Assembly: GCA_964388715.1 (NCBI GenBank)
Contig: CAYMBN010000013.1
Span: forward strand, 1 to 32,293
Reading direction: 5' to 3'
Source: an uncultured Methanosarcinales archaeon
Lineage (GTDB): Archaea > Nanobdellota > Nanobdellia > Woesearchaeales > CAYMBN01
Length of the DNA stretch: 32,293 bases
The notes beneath the pieces are model-generated. The model made no database searches and was not told the origin of the DNA. It saw only the letters and a program-made list of their open reading frames with translations. A program made the translations under genes and the position numbers. The number at the start of each line of letters is the position of its first letter. Position 1 is the first letter of the stretch. This document shows, in pieces, positions 1 to 8,500 of the stretch.

Positions 1-239
1 GTATTCAAACTCTGTCCAGGCATACCTGTCTCAAAAATTGCTCTAACAGCACCTTTACTACCATGAGCACCAGAAACCTTTCCTTTAATTTCCTTACCAG
101 CAGGACTTTTCCAGGAAACCTCTTTTCCAACTAATTCACTAGCTTTCTCTTTAGAATCTACTCCTTCAACTTGCAGAATCATATGATTATTATACTTTCT
201 TCTATGACTTCCTCTAAAACTTGTAATTTTCGCTTTCAT
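1..239 (-). CDS. rpl35ae: 50S ribosomal protein L35Ae (3' end outside window)
   Basis: Not in ORF track. Manual translation from ATG at 239 gives MKAKITSFRGSHRRKYNNHMILQVEGVDSKEKASELVGKEVSWKSPAGKEIKGKVSGAHGSKGAVRAIFETGMPGQSLN, typical of archaeal L35Ae (HG..G.VRA.F..G.PGQ). Confidence 0.93.
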   Translation of the reverse strand, partial: MKAKITSFRGSHRRKYNNHMILQVEGVDSKEKASELVGKEVSWKSPAGKEIKGKVSGAHGSKGAVRAIFETGMPGQSLN

Positions 240-280
240 AAGTGCTAGAAACCTCATCCCATTTATATAATTTATTGTTT

Positions 281-1489
281 TTAAACAAAATACAAAATAA
301 CAGGCAACAGCAAACATCCCATACTCATATTTCTACCAGTGTTAGTCATTGGCGCAATCATTCCTAACGCAGTAGAAACCATAAGTATCACCAATCCAAT
401 AAACCCAGAAAAATAAAACACAATCCCAATAATAAAAATAATCACTGACAAAACCATTTTCTTATAATCAACCTTACTCATCAACTTTGCAAAACCTCTT
501 GTTATGATCAATGCTAAAAAAGTAGCAATCCCTCCTGCTACTAAAGCCGAAGCAATAAAAACAATCAATCCATTCAAATCAATTGACTTAATAATCTCTA
601 ACACAACAATCACAGCACCATTCCTTGCCTTCTGTAATGTATACAAAGTAACCAAACTCAATAAAAAATTCACAGTATTAATCCCACCAATCAAAATCAT
701 AAAACCATAATTTCCAATATTTCCTGTTAATTGCGAACCAATTATTGCAGCTTGCGCAGCACCTAATCCAGGAAAAAATGAAGTTAATGTTCCAGAAAAA
801 GTTCCAGCTCCCAAAGCTTTCCATGTATTCTTTTTACTAACTGTAATAGTTTCAGTAATCTTTTGCTCAGGAATATTAACATTCTCATTTAAACTAGTTA
901 ACAAAGTACTTAACCCAAACAACCCACTCAACATTGGAAGTAAAGGTTGATCAATGTTTGCAATATTCAACACAATCAATCCTAAAACACCTGAAACAGC
1001 AAACACTACAAAACTCCAACATGCTTGTTTGAATGAACCAGCTCTAACAACCATATAAACAACAACAAAAATAAGTATATATCCAATAAACGGCTTAATC
1101 CAGTTATACAACACAGGAACAATTGGAATCAGACCAGGCAAAATAACAATTGACAAAATTAAACATAATAATGAACCAATCACAGTTAACTTTACTGCTT
1201 CAAACCCTTTCCCTTCCAACAACATTTTATGTCCAGGTAAAACTCCTAACGCAGTATCTGCATCAGGTGCACCTAAAAACACACTCGGAATAGTATCCAA
1301 AAACGAATGCGTAACGCTCATACAAATAATAAAAACACACAATGAAATCGGCTCAGTAAATCCCAAAAGATACCCAGAAACATTTAACAATATTATAGAA
1401 ACAAGATTAATATGTATTCCAGGAATCAAGCCTGTAATTATTCCTGCACAACATCCAACTAAAATTGCAATCAGTATTTGGTAAAACAT
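281..1489 (-). CDS. Tripartite tricarboxylate transporter TctA-family (DUF112) membrane protein
   Basis: 402 aa, many transmembrane segments. Motifs GLIPGIHIN and PSVFLGAPDADTALGVLPGH..L..GKG..A, with an internal repeat (FPGLG). Confidence 0.85.
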   Translation of the reverse strand: MFYQILIAILVGCCAGIITGLIPGIHINLVSIILLNVSGYLLGFTEPISLCVFIICMSVTHSFLDTIPSVFLGAPDADTALGVLPGHKMLLEGKGFEAVKLTVIGSLLCLILSIVILPGLIPIVPVLYNWIKPFIGYILIFVVVYMVVRAGSFKQACWSFVVFAVSGVLGLIVLNIANIDQPLLPMLSGLFGLSTLLTSLNENVNIPEQKITETITVSKKNTWKALGAGTFSGTLTSFFPGLGAAQAAIIGSQLTGNIGNYGFMILIGGINTVNFLLSLVTLYTLQKARNGAVIVVLEIIKSIDLNGLIVFIASALVAGGIATFLALIITRGFAKLMSKVDYKKMVLSVIIFIIGIVFYFSGFIGLVILMVSTALGMIAPMTNTGRNMSMGCLLLPVILYFV

Positions 1490-1490
1490 C

Positions 1491-1877
1491 TTACTTCACT
1501 ACAACAACATTACCAATCAACTCAGGCTTTCCTTGATATTCTTCTATCTTACCAGTTACCTCTACATCATCTCCTTTCATAATATCAATCCCTTCTTCTT
1601 TAAACAACACAACAGTAATTGCACTTGGTTGCGTAACTTCCAAGATCATAACACTCTCTAAATCAATCACTTTAGTAACAACACCTTTAATTGTAACTTG
1701 TTTATCAACATCCTCAACATTAATCCTATCAATTGTTGTTTCATCAATCTTAACACCTTTAGAAAAAAAGAATAATACAACAACCCCTACAATAGTACAA
1801 AGAAGCGCAATCTTGAATAGTGTTTTCTCTTTCATAAACAACCTCAGAACCTCTTTTTTAACTAAATAACCACCCAA
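1491..1877 (-). CDS. Membrane-anchored OB-fold nucleic-acid-binding domain protein (true start may be ATG at 1835)
   Basis: N-terminal TM helix, then V.IKGVV..V and GDDVEVTGKIEEYQGKPEL, an OB-fold pattern. Confidence 0.75.
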   Translation of the reverse strand: MGGYLVKKEVLRLFMKEKTLFKIALLCTIVGVVVLFFFSKGVKIDETTIDRINVEDVDKQVTIKGVVTKVIDLESVMILEVTQPSAITVVLFKEEGIDIMKGDDVEVTGKIEEYQGKPELIGNVVVVK

Positions 1878-1888
1878 TATAAAAATCT

Positions 1889-3031
1889 TTACTTTTTCTT
1901 CTTCAATCCTTTCTCCAATGCTTGTTTAATCTCTTTTACTGTTCTACCCCAATGAAACTCTTTCTTAACAGTTTGCCGTGCAGCTTTACCAACTCTACCA
2001 ATATTACTTGGATTCATCAACAAAAACTCAATCTTTCTCGCCAAAATATGATAATTCCCTTTTGGAAAACTATAACCATTCTCTTTATTTTTAATATAAC
2101 TTTTTATATTACCCACTCTAGTAGAAACCACAGCCAACCCACATGACATTGCCTCTAATGTAGCAAGTGACGTTGTTTCTGTCAAACTTGGTAAAACAAA
2201 AATATCCATTGCTTGCAAATAATCAACAACATTATTAACAGAACCAGTTAACATAACATTCTTCATACCACCTAACATCTTTTCAAGTTGATGAACTCCA
2301 CCACCAACTATTAACAAAAATACATTTTTATTATTCTTACTAATCATAGAAAACGCTCTATATAATGTAACTAAATCTTTTTCCCTACCAATCCTACCAC
2401 AAAAACCAATCACAGTTAACCTAGGATCAATCCCAACTTTCTTTTTTGAATTTGCTTTATTAAAACTAGGTTTAAATGTTTCAATATTAGTTCCAAGTTG
2501 AACAATCACTTTATTTGTTTTAATCCCAATCTGTTCAAACATATTAGAAACCTCAACAGAAGGTACCATTAATACATCTGACTGATTATAAATCCTTTTA
2601 ACATACTTTTTTATAAAAAGACTAACCCAATTCTTTACAAACAATGGCACAGGAAGACTTTTTGAAAACAATTCCCATTCAATTGAATGAATAAAATTAG
2701 TCACAGGTTTCTTATACCTCTTAGCAAGTCTCATAACCTTTACTCCAATTGGCCCAACTGTCTGCACCCATACAATATCAGCATCACTCACAAACACAGC
2801 CAAATCTTTTTTACTTACTTTTGTCAGATTAATATCAGCAACTTGCCAATCTCTTATTGGAAATCTAACAACTCTATACTCTTTAGACTTAATTTTTTTA
2901 CCTTTAAAATTAGGTGCAAGCACAGTTATTTCATATTCTTTAGAAAGTCCTGGTAAAACTTCTGACAAAAACCTTGCAATACCATCCCATCTAGGTAAAA
3001 ACGAATCAGTTGCAATAAGTAACTTTGTCAT
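1889..3031 (-). CDS. Glycosyltransferase family 4 (GT-B)
   Basis: TDSFLPRWDG N-terminal motif, GRIGREKD, and E-x7-E motif in DIFVLPSLTETTSLATLEAMSCG. Confidence 0.92.
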   Translation of the reverse strand: MTKLLIATDSFLPRWDGIARFLSEVLPGLSKEYEITVLAPNFKGKKIKSKEYRVVRFPIRDWQVADINLTKVSKKDLAVFVSDADIVWVQTVGPIGVKVMRLAKRYKKPVTNFIHSIEWELFSKSLPVPLFVKNWVSLFIKKYVKRIYNQSDVLMVPSVEVSNMFEQIGIKTNKVIVQLGTNIETFKPSFNKANSKKKVGIDPRLTVIGFCGRIGREKDLVTLYRAFSMISKNNKNVFLLIVGGGVHQLEKMLGGMKNVMLTGSVNNVVDYLQAMDIFVLPSLTETTSLATLEAMSCGLAVVSTRVGNIKSYIKNKENGYSFPKGNYHILARKIEFLLMNPSNIGRVGKAARQTVKKEFHWGRTVKEIKQALEKGLKKKK

Positions 3032-3672
3032 TTTATCTTATAAAAAACCTCAGCTCTCTTAACACCAGCCTTCCATCCATTCTTAATAGCACGCCAATAA
3101 ACTGCTGGAAGCAATTGTAACATCACAAATCCTTGACTTTTGAATTCTCTTAATGCTTTAACCTTTATCTTAAATGTTTTTGAAACATCAATAACCAATT
3201 TAGGATAATTAGTTGAAAGTTTAACAGGACTCCACACATCAAAACTGTAAACATCACACTTATACTTTAGAATCCCAATTGTTTTTATAACAATTTCACG
3301 CACAGCCCTATGATCAGGATACATATCATCATCAACATGTGTAAATATTTTATTTGGTTTATGTTTTTTAATTAAAGCAGCAACCCTCAGATAAATCTTT
3401 CTTTTCTTAATCTCTTCCTTTATCTTAAGATCAGGCACACCTAAAAAATAAGTTTTCTTACATCCAAGAATCTTATCACCTTTAATTGCTTCTTTAACTC
3501 TAGTTTCAATAGTATGCTTTTTTCTTAACCACCAATTACCTTGTTCACCATACGAGAATATAACATTAAACACATCATGTCCTTCTTTAGCATATTTTGC
3601 TATGGTTGCACCCAATCCAAATGCTTCATCATCAGGATGTGCACAAAATACCATAATTGTTTCTTTTACCAT
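3028..3672 (-). CDS. PIG-L/LmbE-family N-acetylglucosaminyl deacetylase
   Basis: AHPDDE metal motif, R..EA, (H>Y)PDH, K..AL....SQ. Overlaps the GT4 gene by 4 nt. Confidence 0.9.
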   Translation of the reverse strand: MVKETIMVFCAHPDDEAFGLGATIAKYAKEGHDVFNVIFSYGEQGNWWLRKKHTIETRVKEAIKGDKILGCKKTYFLGVPDLKIKEEIKKRKIYLRVAALIKKHKPNKIFTHVDDDMYPDHRAVREIVIKTIGILKYKCDVYSFDVWSPVKLSTNYPKLVIDVSKTFKIKVKALREFKSQGFVMLQLLPAVYWRAIKNGWKAGVKRAEVFYKIK

Positions 3673-3793
3673 GGTAAGAAATACTGTTTAGTGGTTTATA
3701 TATGTTTCTGTTGTTTGTTTGGAAAAGTTTAATATTAGACTAAAAAGATAAATTTATAATATGGGAAGTTATTATTAAAAGAAAAGATTAAAA

Positions 3794-4486
3794 ATGGAAT
3801 TATTAGATATTGTCAACAGTTGTATTGACTGGCTTAAAAATCCAGAACTAATCAAAGGATTAATTATTAATCAAGCTTGGACACCTTTTATTATTCCTTT
3901 TGGTATTAGTGAAATTACAATAAATAGTAAAGATTCAATTGACCTTAGGTTGTCTGATGAATTCAATGAATCAAAATACACTAATTTACCTAAAAATTTC
4001 ACTTCATTAGATTATTTAAATGTAGCAAGTTCAATTATTCATGAATTTTATGAAGGAGAAGGCGAATGTAAAGAATATAGTATCCTTACTTATAAGACCT
4101 ATTTAAGATTAATCAAACTAAATAATAGGTCTGAACTAAAGAAAAGTGTCAGGATTGTTGCTGGAAAATATTTTGGTGAAATTAGCCACATGGCGCTAGA
4201 AATTAAGGATGTAGATCAAAAATTTTATCCTTATGAAACAACAATGCATACTCCCTATTTGTTACCAGAAGATGTGAAGGGATATTCTCTTAATACAAGG
4301 GATGATAGAAAATATTATATTACTCAATTATGGATTAAGACATTTCCAGGAACGTGGATTTTTAGACCTACTTGGAATATAGCGTTATACCCTGGGGGTG
4401 CAATTGGTTTTAGTATTAAAATTATAAAAGATATAATTTTGTATAAAATGAAATCAATTAATAACATATCTCAACCTAATTCTTAG
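3794..4486 (+). CDS. Hypothetical protein, possible transglutaminase-like cysteine protease fold
   Basis: 230-aa ORF. GECKEYS and SHMALE resemble the Cys and His motifs of transglutaminase-like proteins. Confidence 0.5.
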   Translation: MELLDIVNSCIDWLKNPELIKGLIINQAWTPFIIPFGISEITINSKDSIDLRLSDEFNESKYTNLPKNFTSLDYLNVASSIIHEFYEGEGECKEYSILTYKTYLRLIKLNNRSELKKSVRIVAGKYFGEISHMALEIKDVDQKFYPYETTMHTPYLLPEDVKGYSLNTRDDRKYYITQLWIKTFPGTWIFRPTWNIALYPGGAIGFSIKIIKDIILYKMKSINNISQPNS

Positions 4487-4520
4487 TTTTTTAGAAATTA
4501 ATAAATTATATCACACCACT

Positions 4521-4580
4521 CAAGTCTTGCGAAGAACCTAAATTTAAGAGTGCACAAAGTATGATTTAGGTAGTTTTCAC
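4521..4580. repeat. Hairpin repeat family 1, copy A
   Basis: CAAGTCTTGCGAAGAACCTAAATTTAAGAGTGCAC (4521-4555) is identical to 5036-5070. ACCTAAAT/ATTTAGGT stem. Confidence 0.9.
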
Positions 4581-4594
4581 ATAAGAATAACTAT

Positions 4595-4963
4595 TTATTC
4601 AATCTTCAAAGCTTTCATTATTTTGTCAAGCTTTTCATTAATCATCTCAATATCCTTACTAGAAACCTTATCAGAACCACTTTTCCCTTTTTTTGCAAAA
4701 CAATCATCACAATAGACTGGTTTGCTTGAAGTTGGTTTAAAAGGAACTTCACATTCAACACCACAAGAAGAACAAATAACTTTAGTCATCTCAAAATCAC
4801 GCCTATTTCTGCTACCATGTTTACGATCTCTACCAGAACCTCTTCTACCTCTTCCTTTAGGCCGATCTTCAAAACTACCTCTATCTCTGCCACCTCTACT
4901 TCGAGACCTACCTTTAGAATCTCTTTTGCTTCTTCCTCCTCTTGAACGTTCAAATCTTGGCAT
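4595..4963 (-). CDS. CxxC-x17-CxxC zinc-ribbon domain protein with Arg/Gly-rich N-terminus
   Basis: CSSCGVECEVPFKPTSSKPVYCDDCF motif. BRE/TATA-like AACCTTATATAC about 25 nt upstream. Confidence 0.88.
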   Translation of the reverse strand: MPRFERSRGGRSKRDSKGRSRSRGGRDRGSFEDRPKGRGRRGSGRDRKHGSRNRRDFEMTKVICSSCGVECEVPFKPTSSKPVYCDDCFAKKGKSGSDKVSSKDIEMINEKLDKIMKALKIE

Positions 4964-5030
4964 AATTTGATTAAAAATGCCACCAGTATATAAGGTTATG
5001 TGAAATTATTGAAGAAAAAGTCAAAAAATA

Positions 5031-5114
5031 CCAACCAAGTCTTGCGAAGAACCTAAATTTAAGAGTGCACGAAGCACGTTTTAGGTTAAATTGAGCTCTT
5101 TTCGCACTTGATGG
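5031..5114. repeat. Hairpin repeat family 1, copy B (long imperfect inverted repeat)
   Basis: Nested stems CCA/TGG, CAAGT/ACTTG, GCGAAGA/TCTTTTCGC (with bulge), AACCTAAA/TTTAGGTT and GTGC/GCAC. 35-bp identity to copy A. Confidence 0.9.
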
Positions 5115-5132
5115 CATATTAAATAAAAAATA

Positions 5133-5242
5133 TGCGCCGGCTGGGACTGTCGCAGATCTTCTCTTTGTCGCAGAGACTTTCTGATTCGAACCCAGATCAA
5201 AGGCTTGGAAGGCCTCTATCCTAGCCATTAGACTACCGGCGC
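5133..5242 (-). tRNA. tRNA-Gly (anticodon TCC at 5209-5207) with 38-nt intron (5147-5184) at position 59/60
   Basis: Acceptor stem GCGCCGG/CCGGCGC-A. Anticodon arm GAGGC-CTTCCAA-GCCTT. T stem CTGGG/CCCAG with the TTCGAA|T loop interrupted by an insert that forms a bulge-helix-bulge. CCA is not encoded. Confidence 0.95.
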
Positions 5243-5267
5243 ATAATTCAATTTAAACTAGAAGTAA

Positions 5268-5275
5268 TTTATAAA
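5268..5275 (-). promoter_or_regulatory. TATA box of tRNA-Gly
   Basis: TTTATAAA 26 nt upstream of the tRNA 5' end. Confidence 0.6.
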
Positions 5276-5347
5276 TTTAACTAAAAAACCTCAAAAAAAC
5301 ACATAAATTTATAAAGAAAACCGTTTTTTTTATTAGTGTGATTAAAA

Positions 5348-5539
5348 ATGGTCAAAGCATATTGCGTTAAATGCAAAAAAAAAGGTCAAGAAATGAAAGC
5401 ACCTGAGATTGTTAAGACTGCTAGAGGCGGTTTCATGGGTAAAGGTAGTTGCCCAGATTGTGGTACCAAAATGTGTGCTATGATGTCCGAAGACAACGCA
5501 GAAAAAGCAATGAAAGCAGGCGCTAAAAAATCTTTTTAA
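5348..5539 (+). CDS. DUF5679-like small zinc-ribbon protein
   Basis: AYCVKCK and KGSCPDCGTKM. TATA (TTTATAAA) near 5308-5315. Confidence 0.8.
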   Translation: MVKAYCVKCKKKGQEMKAPEIVKTARGGFMGKGSCPDCGTKMCAMMSEDNAEKAMKAGAKKSF

Positions 5540-5559
5540 TTTTTTTCTTCTTTTCTTTT

Positions 5560-8500
5560 TTAAATCTTCAAACTAACAACATTACTTACTCCATGTTGGT
5601 TCATACTTACTCCATATAAATTGTCTGACTCAGAAATAATTTGATCATTGTGGGAAATAATCACATACTGCGCTTTATCACAGTACATTCTTAACAATCT
5701 TGCCAATTTTTCACTATTATGTTTATCAAGTGCAGCATCAACTTCATCTAAAACATAAAAATAAGCTGGTTCATGCTCTTGGATAGCAAATATAAACGCA
5801 AGCGCAGTCATTGTTTTCTCTCCGCCACTCAAACTTCTTATATCCAAATACTTTTGTCCTGTTATTCTAACCCTAATCAGCAACCCTTCTTCAAACGGAT
5901 TCTCAGGATTTTCCAATACTAAAGAAGCTTCACCTTTATGTGAAAGTTGTGAAAATATATTTTGGAAATTCTTATTAACAATATCCATTGTTTTCACAAA
6001 CCTTTCCTTCTTTTTCCCTTCAATCTCATTAATTAACATAAGAACATCTCCTTTTTCAACACCAAGCTTTTCCCTTTTTTGTAAAAGAGAATGATACTCT
6101 CTTTCAACATTATCATAAATTTCAAGAGCTTTCATATTAACAGCTCCCATGTCTTGTGTAATTTTCTGGAACTTATCAATTTCATACTTAAGTTGTTTCT
6201 CTGTTTTATTTGTATTAATCTTAACTCCTTCATACTGTTTAAACTCAGTCTGCAACCCACTCATCTCTCCTTTAAGTCTTGCTTCCTCAAGTGAAAGATT
6301 ATTCATTTGTATTTCATTACCTCTATCCTCTCCTCGTAATGATTCAATCTTAAGCTCAGCTTTATTCATCTCATTATTAATTTGTTCTCTCTTATTGAAC
6401 AACTTTTTATATTTGTTATAAAACTGTTGTGCCATCTTTTCCTTTCTTTGTAACTCTTCCTTATCATTTCTAATCTTTTTAGCTAACAATTTAATAGTAG
6501 AATCAAAATTTTCAATCTCTTTATCCAATTGTTTTACAATATCATTAATCTTTTCTTTTTCAGGTGCAGCCATTTTAATTTGCTTTTCAATATTTTCAGC
6601 TTCAGCCTCAAACTTAATTAACCTTTCTTTAATCTGACTCTTTTTTTCTTCAAACGCATTTAACTCAGCAACAAGCCTAGGATTTTTAAGTTGTGTTATC
6701 TTAGCTCTTAACTCTTGTTTTTGACTTTTAATTTGAGCAAGCTTTCTCACAGAATCACTCACATCCAAACTCAATTCTTCCAATTCTTTGTCAACTTCCT
6801 CTAACCGTTTCTTCATCTCCTCTTTCTCTTTCTTAGATGCATCTAGATCACCAGATTCAAGGTGCAATGATTTCTCAATCTTAATAACATCACCTTCAAG
6901 ATGTGCTTTACTTTCCCTTAACTTATTTATTTTTTCTTCAATCTCTTCTCTTCTTTTTGCAAAAGTCCTTAATAATTTCTCTGACTCATCAACATTTAAT
7001 TTAAGCTCTTTAAGTTCCTTTGTAAACTCTTTCTCTTTGAAAGCCATTGCTTTACCTTTATCTCTTCTAAATCCACCACGCATCACACCACTTATATCAG
7101 CTAAATCACCATCAAGCGTAACCATTCTGGCATTCCCAATTCCAATCCTTCTTGCAACATCAATATTATCAGTAATCAATGTATTCCCAAAAACATAAGA
7201 AAACACTTTTTTATACTTACTATCAAACTCAATCAAATCAATTGCAAACCCATGCACACCATTTGCTTTTTCAAACTTCTTAATATTATTATCAACATCT
7301 CTGGCTTTTATTTTATTTAATGGTATAAAAGATGCAACACCTAACTTATTCTTTTTAAGATAACTAATCGCATCAGCAGCAACTTTATCATTTTCAACAA
7401 CAATACTATTTAATCTTGGCCCAGCTGCAACTTCTAAAGCAAGTCCATATTTACTACTGACATCACCAAGATCAGAAACAACACCATGAATACCTTTCAT
7501 TTTCTTTTTCAGTTCAAGAATTCTTTTAACAGCAATATTTGAAGCAATTCTTTCCCTAGCACTCACATTTCTTGCTTCAAGCTTTGCAAGTTTCTCCCTA
7601 TTTTTTGCTAATTCTTGCCTTTTACTACCAACTTGCGCAGCTAGATTAGAATCTTCATTTAATAACTTATTAAGTTCAAGTGTTGCTTTCTTAAATTTTT
7701 CTTTCTTTTTCTTAAGTTCACTAACCTGTTCAATATTTTCTTTTTCAACTTCAAGAACTTTATTAATTTGATCATCAACACCTTGTATTTGTAGTTCAAA
7801 CCTATCTTTTTCTCTTAAAAGATTTTGTTGTTTTTCTCTTAATTCATTAATTTCTTTTTGAACATCATCAGACTCTTTGTCAATTCCTTCAATCTCTTTC
7901 TCAATCTCAATAGCATTATCAATTTCATTCTTTTTTCTAAACTCTTTAAGTTCAACATCAATCAACTTTTGCTCTTTCAAACTTTTTCGTTTTTCTCTTA
8001 CCAAAGCTTCTTTTTCTTCCTCAAATCCAGCAACCTTTTCCTTTTGTTCTTTTAACTCATTATCAAGCTCATTTTTTCTTTGCTCAACTCTTTTAATTTC
8101 ATTTTTATAATTTTCAATTTTACCTTTATCAGTTGCAAGTTCAACCTTTAACTGTTCAACCTGTTTATGCAATGAAACCTGTTCTTTTTCACCTTTTTCT
8201 TCAATTTCTGTTGTAATATCATGAGCATCCTTTTTTTTATCTTGAATAACTGTTTTCAAATCAGTTATTTTTTGTTGTGTTTCAGTTAACCTTTTTTTAT
8301 AATCAGCTATTTTTTTATCAAGTGCATTAATCTCTTTTTCTTTTTCTTGTATTTGTACATAAATGTAAGAAGCCTTATTACTATCTGTTCTATCTCTTAA
8401 TTCTTTGAACTTCAACGCCTGATTCCTTTCCTTCTTCAACTCCTTCAAATAAGTTTCACGCTCAGCTAAAATAATTTGCGCTTCATTAAGTTTTTCCTCA

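Noticed and set aside
4971..5228. 85-aa ORF on the minus strand
   Set aside because: It runs through tRNA-Gly and the family-1 hairpin, so it is spurious.
4521..5242. Prophage or integrative element at tRNA-Gly
   Set aside because: No duplicated tRNA 3' end (att site) and no integrase in the window.
6091..8110. Several + strand ORFs inside smc
   Set aside because: Antisense shadows of a K/E-rich coiled-coil gene, with S/F/L-rich low-information translations.
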